Made by a program: the position numbers and the translations under genes
IMG/VR virus record: IMGVR_UViG_3300042523_000723
Location: 1-64,000 of that record
Origin: a virus
Taxonomy: Duplodnaviria > Caudoviricetes
Length of the DNA stretch: 64,000 bases
Direction: 5' to 3' (one strand)
Notes under the pieces: generated by a model
Databases searched by the model: none
What the model was told of the DNA's origin: nothing
The model's input: the letters and a program-made list of their open reading frames with translations, nothing else
Shown: piece after piece, positions 38,187-48,533 of the stretch
How positions within the stretch are numbered: the stretch's first letter is position 1
Layout: each line of letters opens with the position of its first letter

Positions 38187-40226
38187 ATGAGAAAAAACGT
38201 AAATCCAAAAACATTAAAAGGTCAAGACAAACTTAATAGGATGTTAGATCTTATGGGGAAAATGAATACTTTAAATGAAAGTAAATCATATTCTGAATTA
38301 GAATTAATCAAAAAAGGACCTAATGACGTTGTTTATGGTATCATTAGAGAAAATCACGATTACTTTATTAAAACTTCAAATAAAACTTCAGGACGATTCT
38401 TATCAGAAGACTTTAGTTATGTCGGAGGACTACAAAACAAATATGATGAAAGATATAAGTCATATGCGGAAGCAATCAAACACTTAAATATGAAGTTTGA
38501 TATGTTGAATGAGTCTTATGGTATCGAAAACAATACTAATATTTTTGAGTCTGACGGTGTTGCCTTTGGTGGTGGGGTAGGTTTTGGATTTGTTATGGAA
38601 GAAGATGAAGAAGATCAAACTGAAGGAGAAAAAGAAATTATATCTGACGCAGATTTAGAAGAACAAAAGAAAGTTCTTAAGGTTAATACCCCTAAAGTAG
38701 AAGCACCTGTGGAAGATGAGGTAGAAGATGAGACTGAAGTTAATGTTGATATGGGAGGAGACATCGCAGATGTTGATTTCGGTGAAGAAGAAACTGAAGA
38801 GGATATGGGTGATGAAGAAGGTGATGATAACACTAAAAAGATACAAAAATATACCGGTAAAATCGGACAGTTGTTAAGAGATATGGATGTAGCGGATTCT
38901 GACTTAGAAAAATATGTAATTAATTCAATTATCTCAGCGATGCATTTAGATGAAATGGATGAAGGAGATAAAGAAGATATTATTGCAAAATTAGAAGGTG
39001 GAGAAGACGAAGAAGTTTCAGACGAGTTCGATAAGGGAGGTGATGAAGAAGTAGATGAGTTCGATATGGGTTCCACTGAAAAAACACCGGAAGAAAGTGG
39101 TGATGAACTATCTGAAGGTGAGGACAAAGAAGATGGTGATGATAAAAAAGAAGTTCTTAACATCACAGAAAAACAAATGGATATGTTACACAAAAAAGGT
39201 ATCTGTGAATGTGATGATAAGTGTTTAGTATATAGAGAATCAGGTGTTGAAGATTCAATATTGTTAGATAAAATTGCCGAAACTGATAAAGAATGTATAT
39301 TCATTTCTAAAAAACAAATGGATATGTTACACGAAAAAGGTATCTGCAAATGTGGTGATGTTACACTAAAATATAAAGAAGGTAAAAAAGAAAAAAACGA
39401 AGGTAGAGTTTTTTCTAAAAAACAATTAATGGAATCTTTCTTAAGAAGAGAAACTAAAAAAACACTTAGAAACGTTATTAAAGAAAGAAGAGAACTTTGT
39501 GAACAATGTGGTAGTAGAATGAACGAAGGTATGTGTATGAAATGTGAACTTAGCGAAAGTGAAATGGTATACGAAAAACTTGCCGGTAAACAAAGAAATT
39601 TAGATAAAAACAATAATGGTAGAATCGATGCGGAAGACTTCAAAATGTTACGTAAAGGAAGAAAAGATAGTAGACGTAATATAGATGAAGAAGATATGTC
39701 TGTAATGGACGCAATTGCAACTGGTCAAGGTTACTTATCCACCACAGGTGATTTAGACAGAGACTTCGATGGTATCCCTAATCGTTTAGATATGGATAAC
39801 AACGATGATGGTAAATTAGATTTTGAGATGGGTAAAGGTGATGACTTCATTGACTTAGATATCAATTTCTTAAGAAATAATAATCCAGGAACTAAAGAAA
39901 GGGAAAGAACTATAACTAGACCAACAACTACCCCAGGAAAAGGTGATAAGTGGAGAACTACTAAGCGACCTAAAGTTGATCCTAGACCTAAAGCACAAAT
40001 GGATAACGATGAAGACTTCATTGACTTAGATATCGATTTCTTAAGAAATGATAGTCCGGGAACTAAAGAAAAGGAAAGAACTATAACTACACCAACAACT
40101 AGACCAGGAAAAGGTGATAAGTGGAGAACTATTAAACGTCCTAAAGTTGATCCTAGACCTAAGGCAGAAAACCCAAATATGGATAAACCAAAACCTTCTT
40201 ACAGAAGAAGAGGTATGTTTAGATAA
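38187..40226 (+). CDS. large acidic head-associated protein with EF-hand-like motifs and internal duplications
   Basis: Several LNES/LSE sites, LDKNNNGRIDAEDF, CEQCG...CMKC, duplicated KQMDMLHxKGICxC. Confidence 0.7.
   Translation: MRKNVNPKTLKGQDKLNRMLDLMGKMNTLNESKSYSELELIKKGPNDVVYGIIRENHDYFIKTSNKTSGRFLSEDFSYVGGLQNKYDERYKSYAEAIKHLNMKFDMLNESYGIENNTNIFESDGVAFGGGVGFGFVMEEDEEDQTEGEKEIISDADLEEQKKVLKVNTPKVEAPVEDEVEDETEVNVDMGGDIADVDFGEEETEEDMGDEEGDDNTKKIQKYTGKIGQLLRDMDVADSDLEKYVINSIISAMHLDEMDEGDKEDIIAKLEGGEDEEVSDEFDKGGDEEVDEFDMGSTEKTPEESGDELSEGEDKEDGDDKKEVLNITEKQMDMLHKKGICECDDKCLVYRESGVEDSILLDKIAETDKECIFISKKQMDMLHEKGICKCGDVTLKYKEGKKEKNEGRVFSKKQLMESFLRRETKKTLRNVIKERRELCEQCGSRMNEGMCMKCELSESEMVYEKLAGKQRNLDKNNNGRIDAEDFKMLRKGRKDSRRNIDEEDMSVMDAIATGQGYLSTTGDLDRDFDGIPNRLDMDNNDDGKLDFEMGKGDDFIDLDINFLRNNNPGTKERERTITRPTTTPGKGDKWRTTKRPKVDPRPKAQMDNDEDFIDLDIDFLRNDSPGTKEKERTITTPTTRPGKGDKWRTIKRPKVDPRPKAENPNMDKPKPSYRRRGMFR
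39843..40166 (+). repeat. tandem duplication, 171-bp period
   Basis: DFIDLDI.FLRN..PGTKE.ERTIT.PTT.PGKGDKWRT.KRPKVDPRPKA occurs twice. Confidence 0.9.
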
Positions 40227-40624
40227 TGAAACTAGTATATATAAATAAAATAGGTCAAAACTGGAAGGGGAATTACATTTATGAATTCCTCTTTTCAGAT
40301 ATTTTAGATGATATAGATGGTGAAGGATGGGACTCGTACCCATCATCTGGTAATCCAGAACCACCAGAAGGGAAATTAATAAAAAAGTCAGGTGTATTAA
40401 ATACTGATTTAAAATTAGATTTAGTACAAGAGTCTGACTCATTTGCAATGTGGGACGCAGTTGATGGAATTGTTGCAATGGCTTGGGAAAATATGGAAGG
40501 ATATGATGATTATCCCGAAAAAAGACTATATTTCTCTTTTGGTGAAGAAATTTCTTCGGTAGAAGATAAACTATATGAAAAAGATATGGTAATAATATAT
40601 GAAAAGGAAACTATAAATACGTAA
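40226..40624 (+). CDS. hypothetical protein
   Basis: Translationally coupled ORF. Confidence 0.7.
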   Translation: MKLVYINKIGQNWKGNYIYEFLFSDILDDIDGEGWDSYPSSGNPEPPEGKLIKKSGVLNTDLKLDLVQESDSFAMWDAVDGIVAMAWENMEGYDDYPEKRLYFSFGEEISSVEDKLYEKDMVIIYEKETINT

Positions 40625-40627
40625 GTT

Positions 40628-41125
40628 ATGGGAAAAAAAATTAGAATATATGAATCAGAGATTAGGAGAGCAACTAGACGTAAATTAATGGAACGTTATG
40701 TTGACGAGGACTATGAGATGAGAGATACTTATAGTAAAAAAGATTTTAAGCCAACACCAAAAGAAAGAGGTGTTGAGGATGTGTTTGGTAAGTATGGTGA
40801 CGATATGGATCCTGCGGTTGTTAGATATATGAGAAAAAATCCCGATCACATTCTAAGAAGAATGGCGAAATTATACCCAGACATCTATATGAGACACATT
40901 CCATTACAATCTAACACAGAACTAGAAATGGGGGATGAAATGATAGGTGAGGAAACTCAAATGACTGTCTATGATGACCCAACAAAATTGGCATCTGATT
41001 TATCAAATGATAAAATTAAAAGGGATGATACTGTAGGTCTAAAAGACGCACAAGGTAACATAAGAACCGCAACATTTGGTGAATCAAAAAAAGACTTAAT
41101 TAAAAAATTCATAAAAAGAAAGTAA
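40628..41125 (+). CDS. hypothetical protein with IRIYESEI leader
   Basis: MGKKIRIYESEIRRATRRKLME. Confidence 0.7.
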   Translation: MGKKIRIYESEIRRATRRKLMERYVDEDYEMRDTYSKKDFKPTPKERGVEDVFGKYGDDMDPAVVRYMRKNPDHILRRMAKLYPDIYMRHIPLQSNTELEMGDEMIGEETQMTVYDDPTKLASDLSNDKIKRDDTVGLKDAQGNIRTATFGESKKDLIKKFIKRK

Positions 41126-41128
41126 GTT

Positions 41129-41860
41129 ATGACAAAAGGGGAAATCATAAAAAAACTAATTTCAGAAAAATTTGCGTCAAAAGCACAACAAAGGTTCTTT
41201 TATGCTATGGCGGACAAAGATACTAAAAAAGGTAGAAAGTTTAAGAAGTGGGCAAAAGAATTTTCTGATGATACTGATTTTGAGGATATACCTGAAAAAG
41301 TTTCTGAGGATAAAAAAGAAACTAAAAACCCAAAAATGAAAAAAAGGGATTTAGTAGAATACATTAATTCTAAAGTTAAGATTAATGAATCTCCATATAA
41401 TGAAAGTGGTGATCGTTTTTTCGTAATTAGGGAAATACCTTCATCTGATAGAACTAAAGTATTTAAATTTTTAGAGCACCTTAGAGAAAGTGGACTTATT
41501 AATATGTATGGTGCATCCCCATTATTAAATTGGGATAAAGATGATTTACATAGATGGTTATATGGAATGGGTAAGGATCCTGAAAGTTTAGAAGAAGAGA
41601 TAGAAAATTTAGATTATTATGATGAAGATGAAGATGAGTATGATTCTACTGGTGATAAAAACATGTTAGAAAAACAATTAACACACATAAATTATCTTTT
41701 AGATAATAAACAAGAAATAAGAGATATTTTAATTAGGGCAGCTTTGGCTAGAATAGAAAATAGTGGAGGTAGTACCGACTTAATAAATGTACAGAGAGTA
41801 TTTGGGAGAATGGCATCAGATTCTTTTAAAATGTGGACTAGTATTATGTATCCGATTTAA
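41129..41860 (+). CDS. hypothetical protein with leader
   Basis: IIKKLISE-KFASKAQQRFFYA; internal KINES. Confidence 0.7.
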   Translation: MTKGEIIKKLISEKFASKAQQRFFYAMADKDTKKGRKFKKWAKEFSDDTDFEDIPEKVSEDKKETKNPKMKKRDLVEYINSKVKINESPYNESGDRFFVIREIPSSDRTKVFKFLEHLRESGLINMYGASPLLNWDKDDLHRWLYGMGKDPESLEEEIENLDYYDEDEDEYDSTGDKNMLEKQLTHINYLLDNKQEIRDILIRAALARIENSGGSTDLINVQRVFGRMASDSFKMWTSIMYPI

Positions 41861-41872
41861 AAATAAAAAAAT

Positions 41873-43306
41873 ATGAAAAGAAAAAATATCATTAACGAAG
41901 TAACTAATAGAGTTATAAAAGAAAAATATAGACTTAACAAAATCGTTGAGGCAATTGAATATGATCCAGAACAACCAGAAAGGATGAATCCCGGATTAGA
42001 AAAAAGACTTAGAAGTGGTGAACATATCTTTGGTAAGAGTAAATCAATACCTGTTGGTTCGGAAGCACAAAATTATTCTGAAAAACTGGCAAGTAAAAGA
42101 TTTAAAGAAATTATTAATAAAGTAAAGAGATATCATGGAGTCCAAAACATCAACCCTATGATGATGCAACAGATGTTTCAGATTATGGGCGAAGTTAGTC
42201 AAATTGAGTCCAGACATAAAGAAGCTTTAGAACAATTGGCGATTGATATAGTTTCCGAAGAATTTGACATTCCGGATCAAATGTTAGAGGCAACATTATC
42301 ACCTCCCGGTACTGATTTAGGGTTTAATGATCAAGATGAAGAGGAAGAAGATGAACAAGACTATGGTTCAGAGTTTGAGACACCAAAAGCCCCAAAAAGT
42401 GCGGAGAGAATGGAAGAGTTAGAAATGGAGGTAGATAAAAGAAGAGTCATAAACGCTTTGATGCAAGGGGCATCTAAAAAAGGACACTATATTTTCCATA
42501 TGGTTGCTGACGAATTAGATACTATTGACCCTAGACTTATGGGGTTATATGGTAAGCTAATGTCTTTAGCAGATTTCCAATATTGGGTGATTCCCGATAC
42601 TACTATGACAGGACAAGCTGGAGGTGTAGAGAAGATTGAATGGAGAAAGGCTAAATCGCCTGAAGATTCTGACGAGGAAGAAGAAATGGATAAAGTTAAT
42701 GTTGAGGAAGGAGACGAGATACCTGTAGTAGTAGCAAAGGCTTGGATATTCCCGCTTTTAGTACATGAACTTATTAAAGGTACATTAGAATTATCCGCAA
42801 TCAATTGGGCGGACGGTCACTTAGATTTTGAAGAACAATCAGAAGTAATTAAAAAGGCAGATACACCAGAAGGTGAAATATGGGGGATGAGATTAGGTCC
42901 TGGTATGTGGGAGAAGTTCTTAGATTGTGTAGGATCTGAAAATTACGATATGAAACAATGGTTATTTCAAGAATTAACTAAATTGCCGGCAAAACAATTT
43001 CATGAATTTATGAAAGAAATTTTAAGTGGTAGCCAAAAGTGTAAAGAAGTAATCCAAACATTAAAAGACTTACACGCAGAAGATCCTTCAGATAGTTTAG
43101 AAGACATATTCGATGAAACAGGTTATGATGATATGGACGATATTATAGATAACTTAGATAATGAAACCGAAGAAGAACCAACTACTGATGAACCAAAAGA
43201 ATTAGATTATTCCGAAATGTCACCTAATGAAATACAAGGGTTGATAGATGATGCATTAGATAACGGTGACTTCGATACGGTTGCGAAACTACATAAATAT
43301 TTATAA
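41873..43306 (+). CDS. hypothetical protein (head module)
   Basis: 477-aa ORF upstream of the terminase; KRRVINALMQGAS, FPLLVHELIKG. Confidence 0.75.
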   Translation: MKRKNIINEVTNRVIKEKYRLNKIVEAIEYDPEQPERMNPGLEKRLRSGEHIFGKSKSIPVGSEAQNYSEKLASKRFKEIINKVKRYHGVQNINPMMMQQMFQIMGEVSQIESRHKEALEQLAIDIVSEEFDIPDQMLEATLSPPGTDLGFNDQDEEEEDEQDYGSEFETPKAPKSAERMEELEMEVDKRRVINALMQGASKKGHYIFHMVADELDTIDPRLMGLYGKLMSLADFQYWVIPDTTMTGQAGGVEKIEWRKAKSPEDSDEEEEMDKVNVEEGDEIPVVVAKAWIFPLLVHELIKGTLELSAINWADGHLDFEEQSEVIKKADTPEGEIWGMRLGPGMWEKFLDCVGSENYDMKQWLFQELTKLPAKQFHEFMKEILSGSQKCKEVIQTLKDLHAEDPSDSLEDIFDETGYDDMDDIIDNLDNETEEEPTTDEPKELDYSEMSPNEIQGLIDDALDNGDFDTVAKLHKYL

Positions 43307-43343
43307 TAATTATTAAAACATTATATTTATTAATAAAAAGACA

Positions 43344-44414
43344 ATGGTAGGTACTTTAAACCCCAATTTTAAAAAATTAATACTAAAATATATTAGTTAC
43401 CAGAAGCATAACTATGGTGACGATTACACGTTGTATATTGACGATATGATAAAATACTTTGACGATATAGATAAAGTAGATATATTTTCAGGTGTTTTTA
43501 ATTATATTATTGAGGAAGAAGATGAGGACCCATTAGACTATATAGACTTAAATGAATTAAATGATCGGTTTTATTCTGATACTATAATAAAAATATTGAG
43601 GGATTCAGGTTGGTTTGAAAAATATTTTAATTTAGATAGGTACAAAGATTACGTAACTAAAGAAGGTAGAGCAATACCAATATTCAATGATATTAAATGG
43701 GGTGGAGATACCCCCTATTTAATTATCGATGGGTGGCATGAATTATCAACATTATACCACTCTAATGATAGAAGTGTTGCCGAACTTGTATTAGGTGAAG
43801 ATTCGTCAGAACTTTTTAGTGTTGATAGTGTTGACTTTATGGGTGAAGTGTGGAATGAATTAAATGAAAAATCATTAAAACACATAATAGATTATATTAA
43901 GGATAATGGTTTTATTGGCGGAGAATTAGAGTATGATGAAGATCCAGATGGTGGCGGATTGAGTGAGGATATGTTGGCCGACAGTGATTTATTAGGTGAA
44001 TTAATAAATGATGAAGATATGTTTGATGACTTAAAGAGGGAATTGGAAAATTTTTATAGGTGGTCATACAACTCCGCAGCGGAATCCGAAGTGTTTAAGT
44101 CTATAAGTAGTGATATAGTAGATCTTTTGGGTTCTGAAGGTGAGTGGGATGTAATCAAATCAAAAAAAGAAGGTGGTTCAAATAAACATATTTTAAAGTT
44201 CGACATTAGTAAAATATTTATGGATATATTAGAAAGATTCGTGGAGTGTGAAGGTAAATTACCTGAAGATGAATATTCGGATTTTTTACAGGTCTTAAGT
44301 GCAACATTAGAATGTGAAGGAGAAATGTTAGAAACACCCGATATGGGATATTTTTATCCTGATAGTAGTACGATATCTGAACATTTAAATGAAAATTTAT
44401 TAGGAAACTTATAA
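43344..44414 (+). CDS. acidic hypothetical protein
   Basis: Similar composition and C-terminus to 23827..25302. Confidence 0.7.
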   Translation: MVGTLNPNFKKLILKYISYQKHNYGDDYTLYIDDMIKYFDDIDKVDIFSGVFNYIIEEEDEDPLDYIDLNELNDRFYSDTIIKILRDSGWFEKYFNLDRYKDYVTKEGRAIPIFNDIKWGGDTPYLIIDGWHELSTLYHSNDRSVAELVLGEDSSELFSVDSVDFMGEVWNELNEKSLKHIIDYIKDNGFIGGELEYDEDPDGGGLSEDMLADSDLLGELINDEDMFDDLKRELENFYRWSYNSAAESEVFKSISSDIVDLLGSEGEWDVIKSKKEGGSNKHILKFDISKIFMDILERFVECEGKLPEDEYSDFLQVLSATLECEGEMLETPDMGYFYPDSSTISEHLNENLLGNL

Positions 44415-45268
44415 TGAAGATTAAACTAACGGAAAGACAATATTTAAAAGTTATTACTGAAAATCAAAACCCTAACATTGATAGGTTATTACAAAAGTTT
44501 TTTGACGATACTAGATCCTTAGATGAAGACGAAAAACTATATTATTTTTTCGATATATATGAATTTAATGAAAAAATGATGGGAGTTAGTGATAGATTGT
44601 ATGATTGGTTTAAATATAGTCTTTTAAGTGACATTAAAATGATTAATCGTAGAACTCTTAGTAAATACCAAAATAAAATTAATAATCTTTTAGAATTGTT
44701 AACTACAAAAGAAACTAAAAAAATAATAGATTCTAATAAAAACGTTTTAGAAAAAATTAAAGAATTAATTAAATTAGAAAGTGTTATACCAAAATATTTT
44801 AAAAGTGAAATCTTAAAAGAGTTAATTGATGGATTATTGTTTGATTCCATACAATATCTGTTTAACAATTATGAACCTAAAGAAGCGATTAGACAATCAT
44901 CCATTCTATCTGATCATTTAGGTATAAATAGAATGGAAAATATAGAACCATTAGTTAAAGATTTCGCAGAAAAAAATGGGTTAACTATCATACCTAAACA
45001 TAAAGGGTTCACTCTCCAAAAAGATGAAGGTAGTATGGTTAGGGATTTAATTAATTATATGAAAGATATACCAGAAATACCTAAGAAAACAAAAAGAGGG
45101 TTTTTAGACTTTATTGGTAGTCATTATACGGGTGGGCAATATTCTACCTTTTGGAGTGCGGTTAATAAGGCGGGTATTATACAAAAAGTAGGTGGTGGTA
45201 ATAACGTCACATACGAATTAGGTCCTAACTACAAAGCGTATGAAGAAGGTAATGTAGTTGCATTTTAA
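44414..45268 (+). CDS. hypothetical protein with MKIKLTERQY leader
   Basis: MKIKLTERQYLKVITE-NQ. Confidence 0.7.
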   Translation: MKIKLTERQYLKVITENQNPNIDRLLQKFFDDTRSLDEDEKLYYFFDIYEFNEKMMGVSDRLYDWFKYSLLSDIKMINRRTLSKYQNKINNLLELLTTKETKKIIDSNKNVLEKIKELIKLESVIPKYFKSEILKELIDGLLFDSIQYLFNNYEPKEAIRQSSILSDHLGINRMENIEPLVKDFAEKNGLTIIPKHKGFTLQKDEGSMVRDLINYMKDIPEIPKKTKRGFLDFIGSHYTGGQYSTFWSAVNKAGIIQKVGGGNNVTYELGPNYKAYEEGNVVAF

Positions 45269-45299
45269 TCATTTATAGATATTTATATAGAAAAAAATA

Positions 45300-48200
45300 A
45301 TGGATAGAGCAGAACAACTTAAAATATTTGCTCGATGTTTAGGTGATCCAACATACGCAATAGAAACGTTTTTAAAGACATTTGATTTAACTCAGAAAGG
45401 TATGGTACCTTTTAAGTTGTATTACAAACAAAAAGAAATCATTAAGTCATACGAAAAAAACAATCGTAATCTGGTAACTAAACCTCGGCAGGCAGGTGTG
45501 TCTACAACTACTGCCGCATATATTGCAGTTAAAACTGCCTTTGGTGATCCAGATAACCCACATAAAGTACTTATACTCGCCAATAAACAAACATTGGCGC
45601 AAGAATTTTTAAAAAAAGTAAAAGACTTTTTAGAACAAATACCTTATTGGGTTTGGGGGTTAGATGAGTCAACAGATTATTTAGAGATAAATTCAAAAGG
45701 ACATCTTAAATTAAAATCAAACGGTTGTGAAATTAGAGCCCTCGCAACGTCTAAAGATGCATTAAGGGGTTTTACTCCAACATTCTTAGTAATGGACGAG
45801 GCGGCATTCATCGACAATGGGGCAGATGTATTTGGTGCCGCATTGGCGTCATTAGGTACTGGTGGTAAAATCGCACTTATATCTTGTGTAACGGATGATA
45901 CATTTATTTTCACTGATAAAGGATTAAGACAAGTTTCTGATTTTATAGATTATGGACAACCTGATAACCCTAATGAGGGTTATTATGTGGATGAATACTC
46001 AATTTTAGGGAAAGATAAAACTAGGCAATCGAATATTTTAGTAAATAATGGTTTACAAGATACTATTAAAATTACCACAACAAATAGTTTTTTAGAAGGT
46101 ACATTAACACATAAACTTTGGGTTTATCAGAGTGAAACTAAAATTTATAGTTGGTTACCTATGGGTGAAATAAAAGAAGGTGATTATGTTAATATTCAGT
46201 ATGGTTATAATTTATTTGGGGATGATGATAAAATAGAACATAATTACATCTTTAATAATAAAGAAAAAAAACCAAAAAAGATTTATAAAGAGATTGATAA
46301 TGATTTAAGTTATTTAATAGGGTTATACCTTTCAGAAGGTTCTAGTTATAAAAAATATAATAAAAAAGGTGAATTAGTTGGTGTAAGTATAACATTAACT
46401 TGTGGTGATTTTATTGGGGACTCCATTAATAACGCAGGTTTTAATTATAGTTGTCATGATGGATTACACTATACAATTTCATCTAAATATTTAGGTTCTT
46501 TACTGGAAAATTTAGGCATCGATTTAAGTCTTACCGCAACTAAAAAATTTATACCTAAAAAATTATTATCATTGTCTAAAGAAAAGACTATTCATCTTTT
46601 AAAAGGTTTTATGGATGGAGATGGTTATTCAGATAGTGTTAGGGGTAGAATAGGTATTAATATTTCTTCTAAGAAGATGTGTTTACAAATAAGATATATG
46701 TTATCTAATTTAGGTATTTTAACAGATTATCAAGAAGGTATTAATAAAGGTTCTAAATTGATACCTACAAAAAGTAACTATTATAGATTATCTGCAACAT
46801 CTATTGACGCCTTAAAATACTTTGAACTAATAGGGTTTAATTTTGAAAGAAAAGAAAAGAAAAAAGATTCGATTAAAAAAGTTAATTTAAATAATAGATA
46901 TAGAATCATACCAAACGGTAAAATCATATTGAGACGAATTATTGACGATAATAATTTAGTAAGACGTTTTAGGGGTAGTAATTTAAAATTAACTAGTATT
47001 AGATTAAGTGATAAAAATAAAACCTCAAATCTATCAGTTAACATTTTTAAAAGTTTTATAGATTATATTGAAAACAATTTAGGTATTGATATCACAAAAT
47101 ATAATATTGATAAAATCTTAATGGAAAAAAGTAAATGGGTTAGAGTAAGTAAAATAGAAAAAAGTAAAAATAAAACTTATGATTTTTCATTACCTGAAAC
47201 AGATGATTTTTGGTGTCATTCAGTTTTATATAACAATATATTAGGACACCAAACCCCTAATGGGATGGACGAATTATATTATAAAACATATGATAAATCC
47301 AAAACAGGCGATAATAACTTCAATATTGTGGAAATGAAATGGTATCAGGACATTAGATATAATAGAGGGTTGTATTGGGTTAGAGGTGATGAAAAAGAAG
47401 AAGAGATTAAATGTGAATCATTAGGTAGAACCAAACTTAGGTGGGAATATAAGGGTGTTATATATGAGACAGATGAATCTACAATAGACTATTATGAAGT
47501 AATGGTTAAAGACGGGTGGAAACCATTGTCGCCATGGTATGATGAAATGTCGGCAGATATGGGTGACCCTAAGAAAATCGCACAGGAACTTGACGTTTCA
47601 TTTATTGGGTCAGGTGGTAATGTTATTGAAGATGAATATATAGTCTACCACGAAGAGAATTTCGTCTTCGATCCAAATTTTTCTGCGGAGGCAGAAAAGA
47701 GTATGTGGATATGGAAAAAACCTGAAGTCGGGCACAAATACATAATGGGTGTGGACGTTAGTAGAGGGGACGGTAAAGATAGTTCTACTATTGTTATATT
47801 AGACTTCGAAAACTTAGAACAAGTTGCAGAATTTAAACATAAGTTACCACCCGATATGTTGGCGGAAATTGTTTATAAGTATGGTAATATGTATAACGCG
47901 TATACTATTGTGGATATTACTGGAGGTATGGGTGTGGCAACAGTATTAAAACTTCTGGAGATGGAATATGAATATCTACATTATGATGACCCTAAAAGTA
48001 GAAAATTATCTGAAAAGTATTCGAAGACTGTATACAAACAAGGTGATAAAGTACCGGGATTTAATGTTGGTAATACTCGTCTACAAATGGTTTCTGAATT
48101 AGAAGAACATATTAGAGAAAATAAAACTATAATACGTTCACGGAGATTAATATCAGAACTTAGAACATTTGTTTATAAAAATGGTAGACCGGATCATATG

Positions 48201-48470
48201 GAAGGTTTTAATGATGATATTATTATGGCATATGCAATGGCAATATTCATTGTACAAACATCTTTTAAAAAATTAGAACAAGTGGAAAAACAAACTAAGG
48301 CAATGTTAGAGAGTTGGGTAAATGTGTCAAACATCCAAAGTAAACCAATGATTAATGGACAACAACACATTAATCCCTTCTATACTAACACACCAACGTA
48401 TAATCCAGTCCACCCCAATAATGGTAATAATGATAATGGTGAATACAACTGGTTATTCGGAATTAAATAG
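45300..48470 (+). CDS. terL: terminase large subunit (T4 gp17-like), intein-containing
   Basis: KPRQAGVST (Walker A), LVMDEAAF (Walker B), coupling motif IS|TPNG split by the intein, nuclease MGVDVSRG and DDIIMA. Confidence 0.95.
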   Translation: MDRAEQLKIFARCLGDPTYAIETFLKTFDLTQKGMVPFKLYYKQKEIIKSYEKNNRNLVTKPRQAGVSTTTAAYIAVKTAFGDPDNPHKVLILANKQTLAQEFLKKVKDFLEQIPYWVWGLDESTDYLEINSKGHLKLKSNGCEIRALATSKDALRGFTPTFLVMDEAAFIDNGADVFGAALASLGTGGKIALISCVTDDTFIFTDKGLRQVSDFIDYGQPDNPNEGYYVDEYSILGKDKTRQSNILVNNGLQDTIKITTTNSFLEGTLTHKLWVYQSETKIYSWLPMGEIKEGDYVNIQYGYNLFGDDDKIEHNYIFNNKEKKPKKIYKEIDNDLSYLIGLYLSEGSSYKKYNKKGELVGVSITLTCGDFIGDSINNAGFNYSCHDGLHYTISSKYLGSLLENLGIDLSLTATKKFIPKKLLSLSKEKTIHLLKGFMDGDGYSDSVRGRIGINISSKKMCLQIRYMLSNLGILTDYQEGINKGSKLIPTKSNYYRLSATSIDALKYFELIGFNFERKEKKKDSIKKVNLNNRYRIIPNGKIILRRIIDDNNLVRRFRGSNLKLTSIRLSDKNKTSNLSVNIFKSFIDYIENNLGIDITKYNIDKILMEKSKWVRVSKIEKSKNKTYDFSLPETDDFWCHSVLYNNILGHQTPNGMDELYYKTYDKSKTGDNNFNIVEMKWYQDIRYNRGLYWVRGDEKEEEIKCESLGRTKLRWEYKGVIYETDESTIDYYEVMVKDGWKPLSPWYDEMSADMGDPKKIAQELDVSFIGSGGNVIEDEYIVYHEENFVFDPNFSAEAEKSMWIWKKPEVGHKYIMGVDVSRGDGKDSSTIVILDFENLEQVAEFKHKLPPDMLAEIVYKYGNMYNAYTIVDITGGMGVATVLKLLEMEYEYLHYDDPKSRKLSEKYSKTVYKQGDKVPGFNVGNTRLQMVSELEEHIRENKTIIRSRRLISELRTFVYKNGRPDHMEGFNDDIIMAYAMAIFIVQTSFKKLEQVEKQTKAMLESWVNVSNIQSKPMINGQQHINPFYTNTPTYNPVHPNNGNNDNGEYNWLFGIK
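45885..47252 (+). mobile_element. intein with LAGLIDADG endonuclease, Gln-terminated (456 aa)
   Basis: CVTDDT start, GTLTH block B, LIGLYLSEGS and LKGFMDGDG, TYDFSLP, ends GHQ followed by Thr+1. Confidence 0.9.
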
Positions 48471-48533
48471 AATGTAAACATTTAGAATTTTGATATATTT
48501 ATTATAATAGTAATAAAGTATATTTAAGTAAAA

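Noticed and set aside
38615-39643. 342-aa Ser-rich minus-strand ORF and similar antisense ORFs (12490-15291, 54112-55548, 36958-37362)
   Set aside because: They are antisense shadows of Glu/Asp-rich or repetitive plus-strand genes, with no recognisable motifs
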